This document shows, piece by piece, positions 33,794 to 43,695 of a stretch of DNA of 64,000 nt. This DNA is from a virus (Duplodnaviria; Caudoviricetes): the IMG/VR virus record IMGVR_UViG_3300021426_000001. One strand, 5' to 3'. Positions within the stretch are counted from its first letter, which is position 1. Each line of letters opens with the position of its first letter. The translations under genes and the position numbers were made by a program. The notes under the pieces are model-generated. The model saw nothing but the letters and a program-made list of their open reading frames with translations. It was not told the origin of the DNA and searched no databases.

Positions 33794-34239
33794 TAGAAGT
33801 CTCCCTCTATCGAGTCGAAGAACATCTGTTCCAGTTCTGGTTTGTTCTTGTTGTTGAAAATCCAGTGAATGTCAAGCTCCTTGTCGAATACGCGATGCTT
33901 GTAGATTCCTGGCAAGTCTTCGTAGCACGATCCGTTCAGATTCTGCAAGTATCTCATTCCCGTGAGTCTGAATCTTCCCTCATAGAAGTCGACGATCGAG
34001 CGCAGAATGTACTCGTTAGAGCGAATCGTCATATTTCCCTCGTTGTCTTCAATAGCGCCCAAGTGAGGAACCGGCAAGCAGAGCAGCACGCTCTCCACGA
34101 CACGGCTCTTGAGATCGATGTATAGATCGTCGTACTGGTCCGAGAGAATTATCCTGCCCTCTTCTATTAGCTTCGGGATCCTGTAGATCGAGTACACGTC
34201 GTGCTTGTGCGATAGGATCATTTCAGATTTGTCAGCCAT
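33793..34239 (-). CDS. degenerate DUF262 (GmrS/ParB-like) protein
   Basis: KSRVVESVLLCLPVP...FRLTGMRYLQNLNG..YEDLP; DGQQR motif absent. Confidence 0.6.
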   Translation of the reverse strand: MADKSEMILSHKHDVYSIYRIPKLIEEGRIILSDQYDDLYIDLKSRVVESVLLCLPVPHLGAIEDNEGNMTIRSNEYILRSIVDFYEGRFRLTGMRYLQNLNGSCYEDLPGIYKHRVFDKELDIHWIFNNKNKPELEQMFFDSIEGDF

Positions 34240-34673
34240 TACTTCACCCTGTGCATGAGGTCGATCACGTCTTCCATGATCTTCTTGTTGTCTTCAGTTC
34301 CGTAGCGCAGCCAGAGATAGTGGACGTTGTACTCCATGATGCGGCGCTGAAATGGACGCTTGATCTCAGAGTACTTGAGACCCTGGATCCCGTCGATGTA
34401 CCCGCCAGTGATAGCGAACTTGTCTTCTACGAAGTCTGCGATAGTGTTGAAGATGTCGGCACCGTAGACGATCTCAGACTTGTTGTCCCTGAAGTGCTTC
34501 ATCTGAACGAAGCTGAGCTCCAAGAATCTCATCAGGACTGCTTCGATGATCTTAGACTTGTCTTCCACAGAGAGATGCGTAACTTCCTGACGGTTGTCCT
34601 GACGGTGACCGTAGTATTCTTGGAAAGTGGTGTTCTGCGGAGCGTAGTCGTATTGGTCGTAGTCGATCTTCAT
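34239..34673 (-). CDS. degenerate DUF262 paralog
   Basis: KSKIIEAVLM...DFVEDKFAITG...GLKYSEI...QRRIME; DGQQR absent. Confidence 0.55.
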   Translation of the reverse strand: MKIDYDQYDYAPQNTTFQEYYGHRQDNRQEVTHLSVEDKSKIIEAVLMRFLELSFVQMKHFRDNKSEIVYGADIFNTIADFVEDKFAITGGYIDGIQGLKYSEIKRPFQRRIMEYNVHYLWLRYGTEDNKKIMEDVIDLMHRVK

Positions 34674-34849
34674 TTAGTGCCTCTTTATGCGAGTGTTAGT
34701 GATTGAGTTGTAGAGCGCGTATGCGTAGTGGAGCGACTCACGATAGGGCGACTCACGATAGGCATTGTAGTCCTTGACTGCCTGTTCGAGATGAGAGATA
34801 GCCTCGTTGAGTCCCAGAGTAGCTAGATAAGCTTCTTTGCTCGGATCTA

Positions 34850-35197
34850 TCACTTGGCAGCCTCCTTCTCTTCGACATCCATGCTGGCCTTGACGAGAGT
34901 GCCCTTAGCGAAAGCCTTAGCAGCTCGTTCAGCGTCGATCTCGAAGTGAGTCACTCGGTAGAGAGCGCTAGCGAAAACCTTTGCAGCGCACTTCTTGCAG
35001 AAGATCGGATTTTCGACAGCCTTGCCGTACGGGATGCAGAGATAGTCGAACTTCAGTCTCGCGTGGCTCACTTGATCCATGAAGTAAGCGATTGGCGGAT
35101 AGAGAGCGTCCCTGACTTCTTCGAGTTCTTCTTTTGTGATCTCTTCTTCGCACCAGTCGCAGACGATCTTGACGTTTTCGATTTTCTGAATTCCCAT
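34850..35197 (-). CDS. Zn-finger hypothetical protein
   Basis: CDWC...CKKC; early promoter 35232-35260. Confidence 0.65.
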   Translation of the reverse strand: MGIQKIENVKIVCDWCEEEITKEELEEVRDALYPPIAYFMDQVSHARLKFDYLCIPYGKAVENPIFCKKCAAKVFASALYRVTHFEIDAERAAKAFAKGTLVKASMDVEEKEAAK

Positions 35198-35297
35198 GAT
35201 AGAGTCCCTTGTTGAATTGTTTTACACAGTCAATATAAGAAAATCAGGGCTTGTTGTAAACCCTGATTCTGAGATTTTCTTGATTTTTTCTTGACTG

Positions 35298-35972
35298 TTA
35301 GCCGAGATCTACCGGTAGGGACCAAGAGTTAGTTCCCTCTTGGAGCTTCTCGTTGAGGAAGTCTCTGGCGTCAGATGCCGCAGAGATGATGTTCTGCTTC
35401 TGGACTTCAGTGTCTGCCCTCTCGTCGATCTGGCACATGACCATCCAGCCCTCGTCTGTTTCCGTGAGGTGGCCGTTGCTGCTGTCGTTGTAGTCTGCGA
35501 TCTCGCTCTCGTCGAGCTGGAACTTCGGGCTGTTGAGCTTCACATGGACATAGATGTCTTCGCCGTCTCGACCAGCGCCAGCGCCAGTGATGAAGTCCGG
35601 ATGATCTTCGCGGAGAAGCTTTAGAACCTGATTTGCGACTTCTTCTGGAGTCACTACAGCTTCGTTAGTAGACTCGTTGATGAGCTTAGACTCGCCCTTT
35701 ATTTCGACAGACTCGTTCGACTGCTGAGCGATCTTGAGGATAGTCTCCTTGACGAGATCGAGAGCTTCCTTAGAAGCGCAGCACACAGTGAACCACTCGT
35801 TGACTGGCCAGAACTGGTAGATGTCTCCCTGGATGTCGTAGAGACCCATCGGATCTTCATCTGCGCTAGCGTTGATGAGCTGGTTGAATCGAGTGTTGAT
35901 GTCATTTGCGTCTTGAGCAGACGGAAGCTTGGCGAGAATAGAGCCATTAGAATTGTCGATAATCATTTCCAT
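35298..35972 (-). CDS. late acidic hypothetical protein
   Basis: TATAAATA 35993-36000; LINESTNE cleavage-like motifs. Confidence 0.65.
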   Translation of the reverse strand: MEMIIDNSNGSILAKLPSAQDANDINTRFNQLINASADEDPMGLYDIQGDIYQFWPVNEWFTVCCASKEALDLVKETILKIAQQSNESVEIKGESKLINESTNEAVVTPEEVANQVLKLLREDHPDFITGAGAGRDGEDIYVHVKLNSPKFQLDESEIADYNDSSNGHLTETDEGWMVMCQIDERADTEVQKQNIISAASDARDFLNEKLQEGTNSWSLPVDLG

Positions 35973-36002
35973 GTTAGAAACTCCGGTTTGTTTATTTATA
36001 CA

Positions 36003-36311
36003 TTAGTCGTTGTGGCGCCAGTCATGTTCTATGACTTCGGATCCAGTGCGGACAGCACGAAGTTCTTGGAAAGCGTATTGAGCCTGATCGCACCAGCCGA
36101 GCGGCCATTTGTCCATAGAGCCGTCAGAAGAGATGTTGATGCGCTGATCCTTCCAGAGGATGTAGTAGCCAGTAGCCTTTTCTTTAGCGATCTGGATCTG
36201 AACATCGTAGAGTTGGAGTTCGTTTTCGATAATGCCGACTAAGCCTTGAGCGCTGTGAAGAGTGCCATAGTCTTCTTGAGCAGTGATGTCGTGGTTGATG
36301 GTGATAGCCAT
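36003..36311 (-). CDS. hypothetical protein
   Basis: After early promoter 36342-36370, AAGGAG RBS. Confidence 0.7.
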   Translation of the reverse strand: MAITINHDITAQEDYGTLHSAQGLVGIIENELQLYDVQIQIAKEKATGYYILWKDQRINISSDGSMDKWPLGWCDQAQYAFQELRAVRTGSEVIEHDWRHND

Positions 36312-36404
36312 TTGAAAGCTCCTTGTTTAAGTTACATTCTCAATATAAGAAAATCAGGGCTAACTGTAAACCCTGATTTTTAGATTTTCTCTTTTTTATT
36401 CTAG

Positions 36405-36677
36405 TTAGTCTCTGCGCTTGCGGTACTTGATCATCATGATCGACCAGCCGTTGAGATTGTAAGCGAAGCGCTCGCCACCTCTCGTGCGAATGTGGATGAA
36501 CTTCGTTCCGATGTCGTACTTGTCGACTGCGTGCTCTACGCAGGATTCTCCCGTCTGGTCGCCGATAGAGCAGACTTTGATCGTAGGAAGATCTTCATTG
36601 ACTTTGCACGCATCGCAGTCACAGCCCCAGAAGATGAACGGAATAGCGAAGATTGTCATTAGGAGTTTCTTACGCAT
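36405..36677 (-). CDS. putative lipoprotein
   Basis: Signal-like N-terminus ending FWGC. Confidence 0.5.
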   Translation of the reverse strand: MRKKLLMTIFAIPFIFWGCDCDACKVNEDLPTIKVCSIGDQTGESCVEHAVDKYDIGTKFIHIRTRGGERFAYNLNGWSIMMIKYRKRRD

Positions 36678-37179
36678 TCTTCACCTCACAGAACGGACAT
36701 GGCTGGAGAGCTTCACGGAAGTTTCCCGGCGCTGGCTGCTTCTTCTGAAGTTCTGGATTGAGAACTCTCTTCGCGTGATTGAGAAGCTCGCCCTTCGGAA
36801 GTTCGAGATTCAGACACTCCGAGCGTGAGACTTCTCCAGTCTCTGGGTTGATCTGAAACTTATTGAACCCAGCTGCTCTTGCGGACTCTTCTACCTTAGC
36901 TTCTACCTTAGCCTTAGAGTCTGGCTCTTCGACTTTCTCTGCCAGCTTATCTACCCAGTCAAGAACATCGCTAGGTCTGATCATTCCATTAGAGGCGATG
37001 TTTCTGATGCAGCTGAACTCCCAGACGAGGGCCTTCGTGAATCTGTTGATTAGGAACCCTTGCTTCTCGTCGATAGCTACGGATCTGTTGAGCATGTCTC
37101 TCATAGCGTTCATCTCTCGAAGCGAGAACTCGATGGTCACCTTCGGTACGACTTCTTTGTCAAGTTTAACGATTTTCAT
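36670..37179 (-). CDS. hypothetical protein
   Basis: 169-aa ORF. Confidence 0.65.
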   Translation of the reverse strand: MKIVKLDKEVVPKVTIEFSLREMNAMRDMLNRSVAIDEKQGFLINRFTKALVWEFSCIRNIASNGMIRPSDVLDWVDKLAEKVEEPDSKAKVEAKVEESARAAGFNKFQINPETGEVSRSECLNLELPKGELLNHAKRVLNPELQKKQPAPGNFREALQPCPFCEVKNA

Positions 37180-37212
37180 TGTTTCTCCAGTTAGGTTTTG
37201 TCTAAGTCTTGT

Positions 37213-37416
37213 CTAAGTCTTGTCTATGTCTCTGAACAGATCGACCAAGCTCTTTATGAAGCACGCAGCAGAGACGAAGAACAGAGCCCATAGCACAATC
37301 ATGTGTCCGAGATCTATGTTCTCTCCGATAGTGCTGTTCAGAATCCCATAGCCTGATCCGACAGTGCAGAGACCAGATATGATCAATTGAGCGAGATCGA
37401 AAAGCATCAGAATCAT
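37213..37416 (-). CDS. small membrane protein
   Basis: Two hydrophobic segments. Confidence 0.55.
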   Translation of the reverse strand: MILMLFDLAQLIISGLCTVGSGYGILNSTIGENIDLGHMIVLWALFFVSAACFIKSLVDLFRDIDKT

Positions 37417-38834
37417 TCTTTGAACCCCTTGTACTCGACGAACTCCTTGAGCTCATCAATCTTCGGTCTTATGGACGTGATGGCGTCTCTCATCTCGTGC
37501 ATGGACTGACGAGCGTTGTAGTACCAGTCGTAGTACCAGTACTTCTGTCGAGCTCTACACGGCTTGATCAACATCATCTTCTCAGCGTCGTTTTCCCTAG
37601 CGTACTTGAAGCGGTCGTAGACGCCAGCCATAGTCTGGTAGGTAGCGACTCCCTGGACCTTCACTCTGAACTCTTCCTGCTTCTTGGAATCTCTGTAGAA
37701 CTCGATGCTGATGTCGCATGTAGCTGGCTTCCACTTCATCTTAGAGCCAGTCACCTTCGGGAACATGTACGGGATCTTTACAACTACCTCTCCCTTCTCG
37801 TACGTGATCTCAGCTTCAGGGAACATCGTCTTGAAGTCGAATCCGCGAGCAGTCATAGCTCGGAGAGTCTCTTCCATGACTGCTACTCCATTCTTAGCTT
37901 CCCTGACTTTCTTGTCGGCTTCGAGAGACTCGTATTCTGGAGTTCCCTCCTCGTACTTCGGACCTTCCCAGTCCCACTCCTTAGCCTTCCTCCAGTCTCT
38001 AGTTATGCCGTTCTCCTTGGCGATGTCATCATAGCGCTTGTCCCATACAGCTTGAGCGTACTTCATCTTCTCGGCGGCTTCGTCGATGCTGTTGCACTCG
38101 ATCATTCTAGCAGAGCCGTCTCTGCCGTTGCAAGCGAGTGACGGAAGAGCTGGCACTGAGCCAGGGAACATCTCTTTGAGAAACTCGAATGGTCCTTGTG
38201 AGCAGAACTGATCGAGTCCAAAGACCAAGTAGATCTTCTTAGCGTCGTAAGAGACCTGGAATCCGACCTCAGCAGTGTCATTCGCTACGCCGTATTCTTT
38301 CTTGAAGTCGTGAAGATCAGGATCATATTTCAGAATCGGGAAGTAGTGCTTGCTGAGGACGCATCTGTGATCCTTCACCCACGGCTCCATGATTCCATAG
38401 AGAACTTTGTCTCCCTTGTCTACGAAGCATCTCAACTTCTGTGTGAACTCTTTGATGAAGTCTGCGTGGACGATAGCCCACTCTTCTTTTCTCATCTCGA
38501 GAGTTCCGTTTTTCGCTTCTTCAGTGTCGAGCTTGCAGATGGAGTTGATCCATCTCATGAAGTCCTGGAATCCGTCTCGAGTGTCCTCGGTGTTTATCAT
38601 TCTCCCGTCAGTAGTAGCGAAGTACTGGTTGTGATAGGAGATTGCCTTGTAGACGGTAACGATGACAGTCAAGAGCTTTCCGTCGTGTTCGCCCTCGAAG
38701 AAGACCTTAGCTGATCTGTCTTCTACCTGGACCTTAGTTAGCGGTATGATCTTCTCGAGGACCTCACGCTCATGCGACATGTCCTGAAGGTATCTGCTAG
38801 CTTTGATTATGTCTGTTCCTCGATATTCTTTCAT
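37413..38834 (-). CDS. hypothetical protein (473 aa)
   Basis: Long ORF in operon. Confidence 0.8.
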   Translation of the reverse strand: MKEYRGTDIIKASRYLQDMSHEREVLEKIIPLTKVQVEDRSAKVFFEGEHDGKLLTVIVTVYKAISYHNQYFATTDGRMINTEDTRDGFQDFMRWINSICKLDTEEAKNGTLEMRKEEWAIVHADFIKEFTQKLRCFVDKGDKVLYGIMEPWVKDHRCVLSKHYFPILKYDPDLHDFKKEYGVANDTAEVGFQVSYDAKKIYLVFGLDQFCSQGPFEFLKEMFPGSVPALPSLACNGRDGSARMIECNSIDEAAEKMKYAQAVWDKRYDDIAKENGITRDWRKAKEWDWEGPKYEEGTPEYESLEADKKVREAKNGVAVMEETLRAMTARGFDFKTMFPEAEITYEKGEVVVKIPYMFPKVTGSKMKWKPATCDISIEFYRDSKKQEEFRVKVQGVATYQTMAGVYDRFKYARENDAEKMMLIKPCRARQKYWYYDWYYNARQSMHEMRDAITSIRPKIDELKEFVEYKGFKE

Positions 38835-39220
38835 TCTTCTTCCTTTAAATCAATCTTGAGGTTCGGTTGCGGAAGGTCGTCTGGGTGAACGTATGCCCAC
38901 GCGATGACGTCTTCTTTTGATCCGATGTTGTCGGCGCCGTACTCTGGCGACCAGTGGTCTGCTCGTCCGGATCGGCCGCCATGTGGATTCCAGCGTCCAG
39001 TGCGGTAAGCCAAGAGCGGCGGATAGAACCAGACTCGTCTGCTCGGATCAGGAAGCTCGTTCTTAGTCAGCTTCCATTCTAGCTTGTGATCCCTCTCATA
39101 GGCTTCGATCGCTTCTTTCTTCACGTCCCTGACTATCTTGTTCAAGCGGTCTTCTGTGAGCCAGAGCGAGCCTCGTTCTTTGAGCTCGCGGCGTGCTTCA
39201 TCTTCTGCTGTCCAGATCAT
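38831..39220 (-). CDS. hypothetical protein (DUF551-like C-terminus)
   Basis: W...ELP...VIAW pattern. Confidence 0.55.
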   Translation of the reverse strand: MIWTAEDEARRELKERGSLWLTEDRLNKIVRDVKKEAIEAYERDHKLEWKLTKNELPDPSRRVWFYPPLLAYRTGRWNPHGGRSGRADHWSPEYGADNIGSKEDVIAWAYVHPDDLPQPNLKIDLKEEE

Positions 39221-39223
39221 CTC

Positions 39224-39610
39224 TTACCTCATGCTCGGTTTCCAGCCATTTAGATCGCGTGTCTGCGGCGGTCTCGGGTACCACCATACGCTGTACTTGC
39301 CCTTTCCGTCTGTCTTGCTTCTAGTGCAGCTGACTTCGAATCCAGCGCTTTCGAGAGCCTTCGTGAGCTGCGGCTCATACTTCATGTCGATGAGCTCGAC
39401 AGTAGCGCCCATGCCCTCTTCGTAGTAGATGTTATCTTTCTCGATGTCGTAATATATGACTTCGGCGTCCGGATTAGCAGCAATCTGGTCTCGGATCTGG
39501 TCCAGAATCTTGTTTGCGACTGGTACCACGATCTTCTCTACTGCTTCAAGAGCGAGCTGCTTCTGTTCACGTTGATACTTTCGAATATCATCAGCACTGT
39601 ATTTGAGCAT
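39224..39610 (-). CDS. hypothetical protein
   Basis: After early promoter 39635-39663. Confidence 0.7.
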   Translation of the reverse strand: MLKYSADDIRKYQREQKQLALEAVEKIVVPVANKILDQIRDQIAANPDAEVIYYDIEKDNIYYEEGMGATVELIDMKYEPQLTKALESAGFEVSCTRSKTDGKGKYSVWWYPRPPQTRDLNGWKPSMR

Positions 39611-39950
39611 ATTTAGTCTCCTGTTTGCATTCTCAATATAGGTAAATCTTCAGTGTTTGTAAATATGAAGTCTAAAAATTTTAGTAATTTTAGTTCGACA
39701 TCAAAGTCGTAACGCTGGAACGAAGCGCAACTCAATGCTGCTATCGGTAAGCGTGCGCCGTTCGCTAGTGAGCTCCTCTAGCATGAATGAACGAACATGG
39801 AGCATCGAAGCAGAAGAGTAGCGTCTTCTGCACACAGCCGCCATTAGCGCCTGAAGATGTAGCTGGAATACAGGATGACCGATCCATAAGCTTCAGGGTG
39901 AGTCTACTCTAAAAGGTCGACGGGCGAAGGAGTCAGCAAAAGACGTTCTT

Positions 39951-40003
39951 CAGGGTCCAGAGACAATGAGTTTCCTTAATAGGCTCATTGTCTCTGGGCT
40001 CTG
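39951..40003. repeat. long inverted repeat
   Basis: CCAGAGACAATGAG/CTCATTGTCTCTGG perfect 14-bp arms. Confidence 0.8.
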
Positions 40004-40059
40004 GATGTAGCAAAAGAATCCTCAGTCGTCATCAGTATCATAGAGAATCTCAGAATGGC

Positions 40060-40131
40060 TGTTCATAAGATGTTAATAGATTGTTAATAGAATGTTAATA
40101 AGATGTTAATAGATTGTTAATAAGTTGTTCA
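40060..40131. repeat. tandem ~11-bp TGTTAATA repeats (iteron-like)
   Basis: Five TGTTAATA[A/G] copies flanked by TGTTCAT variants. Confidence 0.8.
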
Positions 40132-40197
40132 TGAGAAAAGAGTCGACGAAGTGGCGCAAAGTTTATAAATATATGGTACAACCATTGGAGAATTTCT

Positions 40198-40917
40198 ATG
40201 GCACAGATGAGTTTTGAACAATCAATGAGAATTCTTGAATCCGCTGGAGTAGAGCTGGAGAGAATCGACGAAGCTAGAGGCGCATTCTCTCAGAGAAGAT
40301 TCGAGAGAGCTCTGAACGCAGCGATGAGAGAAGTCGATCAGTACTATCTCAGCACTAAGTATCACAAGCCCGCTTTCAGGAAAGACGGAAGATCTTACTA
40401 CAGCAGCTTCAAGCCGAACTCTTGGGGCGGACTGACTGTCTATGTTCAGTGCAATCCCGGCTGGTTTGAAGAGGGCGTCATGAGAAGTCTGATCAAGAGT
40501 CTCAATAAGAAGCTTGAAGAGGCTGGAGTCAATCTAGAGGGCAACGAGTCCTGGACGTACTCTTCGACGAAGGACGACATGGGCGAGTATGTCCAGTACG
40601 CTACATTCAATCCTCCGAAAGCACTTGACGTGGATCCCAGAGGGCTTATCAAGAACTGGAACGCTACTGGATCTACAGTTCTCGTCAATGTCGGCGGAAA
40701 GCCGATGAAGTTCAAGCACGAGAAGCAGCTCAGCAGCGAGATCAGAGACAACGGCTATCGTCAGCTCACTGGTCACTCTAGCGATGATCTATGGGTCTCT
40801 ACTGACAGATCTAGAGCTATCCTCGTCCACGCTAGCACCATTCATCCAGCTGCTGGAACTGACTACACTGCTAGACTTCTCGGACCAGAAGAGACGAAGA
40901 AGTATCTAGAGGAGTAG
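40198..40917 (+). CDS. late protein with N-terminal ESAG motif
   Basis: TATAAATA 40164-40171; MSFEQSMRILESAGVELERIDE. Confidence 0.75.
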   Translation: MAQMSFEQSMRILESAGVELERIDEARGAFSQRRFERALNAAMREVDQYYLSTKYHKPAFRKDGRSYYSSFKPNSWGGLTVYVQCNPGWFEEGVMRSLIKSLNKKLEEAGVNLEGNESWTYSSTKDDMGEYVQYATFNPPKALDVDPRGLIKNWNATGSTVLVNVGGKPMKFKHEKQLSSEIRDNGYRQLTGHSSDDLWVSTDRSRAILVHASTIHPAAGTDYTARLLGPEETKKYLEE

Positions 40918-41024
40918 AGCATGGGAACTGACATGTAAACGGAAACAAGACGGAAAGAGGCGGAAGGTCATTCTTCCGCCTCGTTTTGTATCATTTCTGA
41001 TACGGCAACTGTATATGGTAAAAA

Positions 41025-41435
41025 TTATGCTTCGTGTTCGAAGTTGTCGAGGAAGTCGTTGTTGCAGTTGAGCGTCTCGCCAGTCCAGAGATCAGTGATC
41101 TTCCACGGAAAGCGAGTGCCGTATCTGAAGGTTTCGACCCTGAAGCTGTGACCCTTGTACTTGCGGCTCTTGGTTGTAGTGCCGAAGACGTGACCGCGAG
41201 GATCCTTCCCTTCGAACGGAGTGCCCTTGAGCCAGTTCATCATGACTGACTTGTCGTAGTCGCTCATAGCCAGCTTGCCGTCAGCAGCGACTTCTGCAAT
41301 CTCGACCGTGAAGAGATCGTAAGTGTCTGTGTAGCTTCCAGCTTTTCGGCGAACTGAGAGGTTCTTGCCCTTTGCCCATTCCTGGATGATTTCCATGAGT
41401 TCGTTTTCGAGCGCCAGAGCTTTTTCTTTATTCAT
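41025..41435 (-). CDS. hypothetical protein
   Basis: After early promoter 41469-41497. Confidence 0.7.
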   Translation of the reverse strand: MNKEKALALENELMEIIQEWAKGKNLSVRRKAGSYTDTYDLFTVEIAEVAADGKLAMSDYDKSVMMNWLKGTPFEGKDPRGHVFGTTTKSRKYKGHSFRVETFRYGTRFPWKITDLWTGETLNCNNDFLDNFEHEA

Positions 41436-41506
41436 AGGTCAGATCCCTTGGTTGATTGTTACATTTCAAATATAGGATCTTCCGAGAGATCTGTAAACCC
41501 TGAAAA

Positions 41507-42082
41507 TCAAGAATTTTCAGAAAATCTCTTGTCGTTGAGGTTTCTGAGCCACTCGTCGCACTTCATGAAGGTTCCGATCTTTCTCATCATCTTCTCGTCA
41601 CCCTCAGAGAATCCGTCATACTTGCAGCGGATCGGATATACTCTCTCGATCTTTCCGTCATCGTCCATCTCCATCTGGATAGCCCAGCCGAAGATGTGCA
41701 GGAACATGTTGATGAATCTGAACAGACCATGCTCTCTGAGCTTCTCCCACGACTCTTCGTACCAGTCAGCTTGCTTCTCCTGGACTTTCTCTTCTGGGAG
41801 CGGCTCTACCTTCTCGCCGTTACCTTCGATGAGCTTCTGGATCTCTCTAGAGATCGTCTCTACGTTCTTCAGCTTGTGCACGGCCTCTGCATCCTCGTAG
41901 AACATCGGATTGTCGTCGTGGATCTCTATGTCGAACTCGTCTTCTAGCTTCATCACTGTCTCAACATAGTCTAGCTCGTCAGCACCGAAGTCTGCTAGCT
42001 CGTCTGCTAGTCCAACTCCAGTCACGTTGAGCTGCTCTTCTATCACTTTAGCTACTCTGCTCTGAATTTCTGCAAGATTCAT
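41507..42082 (-). CDS. acyl-carrier-protein-like domain (Ser replaced by Glu) fused to phage domain
   Basis: VIEEQL...DFGADELDYVETVMKLEDEFDIEI versus ACP consensus [24 protein letters not shown]. Confidence 0.7.
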   Translation of the reverse strand: MNLAEIQSRVAKVIEEQLNVTGVGLADELADFGADELDYVETVMKLEDEFDIEIHDDNPMFYEDAEAVHKLKNVETISREIQKLIEGNGEKVEPLPEEKVQEKQADWYEESWEKLREHGLFRFINMFLHIFGWAIQMEMDDDGKIERVYPIRCKYDGFSEGDEKMMRKIGTFMKCDEWLRNLNDKRFSENS

Positions 42083-42140
42083 AATGTGTCCTCTTTTTTC
42101 TAGCAAATATAGATATAAATAACTCAACGGACGAAAAGTC

Positions 42141-42791
42141 ATGATCGAGTTCAAGCAGAACATGGGAAAGAGAATATACATTCAGAGGAAGCGTATGTCA
42201 TACGGTGAATACGGATTTACAAAGCGTAGCGAAGTTCAGTCTAGCTACCAGGAGTACTCTTGCAAGCCGAGAGAAGAGAAAGAGCAGTCTTACCAGGAGT
42301 ATGGCGATCCGAAGATGAGCGGAACTTGCTCTCTGTTCGGTTCACAGCCAGCTCCAGTCAATCTCGCTGCGTTCGATGAGGAGATGGAGAAGTACTGCGA
42401 GCAGCAGAGAAAGATCAAGGCAGAGCGTCTGGCTAAGAGAACTGCTTACTGCGACTGGCACGACATCCAGGGCGACATGAGAGAGAAGATTCTCAAGGGC
42501 AGAATCTCTATCGAAGAGTTCGAAGCTCTCCAGAAGTCTGCAACAGATGTCACAGAAGCGCCAGAAGGAAGGCAAGAGCCAGTTGTTCTTACTGAAGAAT
42601 TCTTTCATCCTTCAGTAGAGTTCACAAATGCGCCAGAACAGCCTGCAGAAGCTCCGGTAGAGGTTCAGACGGATGTCACTACGGCAGAGACAGAAACTGT
42701 CCCAGAACAGCCGCAAACGGGCAAAAAGAAGAAGTCTAAGAAGAATACAGAGAATACTGAGAATACAGAGGAGGTTTCAGATGCAGAGTGA
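42141..42791 (+). CDS. late acidic hypothetical protein
   Basis: TATAAATA 42114-42121. Confidence 0.65.
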   Translation: MIEFKQNMGKRIYIQRKRMSYGEYGFTKRSEVQSSYQEYSCKPREEKEQSYQEYGDPKMSGTCSLFGSQPAPVNLAAFDEEMEKYCEQQRKIKAERLAKRTAYCDWHDIQGDMREKILKGRISIEEFEALQKSATDVTEAPEGRQEPVVLTEEFFHPSVEFTNAPEQPAEAPVEVQTDVTTAETETVPEQPQTGKKKKSKKNTENTENTEEVSDAE

Positions 42792-43242
42792 GATGTCGTT
42801 AGAGCAAGCTAGAAAGCTAATCGAGGGAAGCGGTCTGGTGATGGAAGCAGAGATTGGATCAGACGAGAGCGTAGATCTATACTCTTTCGCCTTCAACAGC
42901 CTACTAATGGCAGACAAGATCCACGCTTTCCACTTCTCCTGCGAGAGCGGATTCCAGCATACCCACTTCCAAGAGGTCTACGAGACTATTCGTGACTTCG
43001 CTGATGAGCTGACTGAGATAACTCTGTCTGGCGGAGTCGCTTACAAGTACGTCCCGATGACAGACATTCTGAAGCCAGAGCCGTTCACGATGAAGATGGC
43101 TGTCGACACGATCGATGGCTACATCGAGGACCTGGAGAAGATGTCTGAGCTTCACGCTGACAACACTAAGATCGCTAATCTGATCGACGACACGATCGAG
43201 AAGCTCAGCAAAGAAGTCGGACTTCTCAGATCATTCAAGTGA
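42781..43242 (+). CDS. ferritin/Dps-like protein (DUF5856-like) with N-terminal ESAG motif
   Basis: IHAFHF...QH..FQEVYE...FADELTE four-helix motif; MSLEQARKLIEGSGLVME. Confidence 0.65.
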   Translation: MQSEMSLEQARKLIEGSGLVMEAEIGSDESVDLYSFAFNSLLMADKIHAFHFSCESGFQHTHFQEVYETIRDFADELTEITLSGGVAYKYVPMTDILKPEPFTMKMAVDTIDGYIEDLEKMSELHADNTKIANLIDDTIEKLSKEVGLLRSFK

Positions 43243-43286
43243 CAAAAAGGCGTCCATTCATCTGGACGCCATTCTTGTGTTAAGAT

Positions 43287-43529
43287 TTATTTACTATTCT
43301 TACTCTTCTTGGTCTTCTTGGTCTTCTGAGGAGTGACAGCTTTGACTTCCTCGATCTGCACCCTGATAGTCAGCGTGTCGTTGAAGTGAGTCTCTCTCTG
43401 GACTTCTTGACTCTCGACTGGATCATCCCTCCAGACTCCGCTGAGATCGATCGTAGCTAGGATAGCGATCAGTGCGCAGATGACTATGCCGATGATCCAG
43501 AAGTGCTTTGGCATCTTTTCTTCTGACAT
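43287..43529 (-). CDS. small membrane protein
   Basis: N-terminal TM helix. Confidence 0.6.
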   Translation of the reverse strand: MSEEKMPKHFWIIGIVICALIAILATIDLSGVWRDDPVESQEVQRETHFNDTLTIRVQIEEVKAVTPQKTKKTKKSKNSK

Positions 43530-43695
43530 TTTCGATTCCCTCTAGAGTTTGATGTTGTGTTCATCCAAGACCTTGAGGCAGTGCTTGGAGAAGAGGAGAA
43601 GAACGTTCATGAAGGCGTAGTCCATGTTGGGCTGTCGTTCGCGGACGAACTTTTCCATGTCTCGGATTTCTTCAGGCTTGAGCTCAGTTCTCATC

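Noticed and set aside
24822-37227. Short tandem duplications (24823-24850, 34732-34762, 37198-37226)
   Set aside because: Two or three copies of 10-16 bp, mostly at gene ends; consistent with replication slippage, no function evident.
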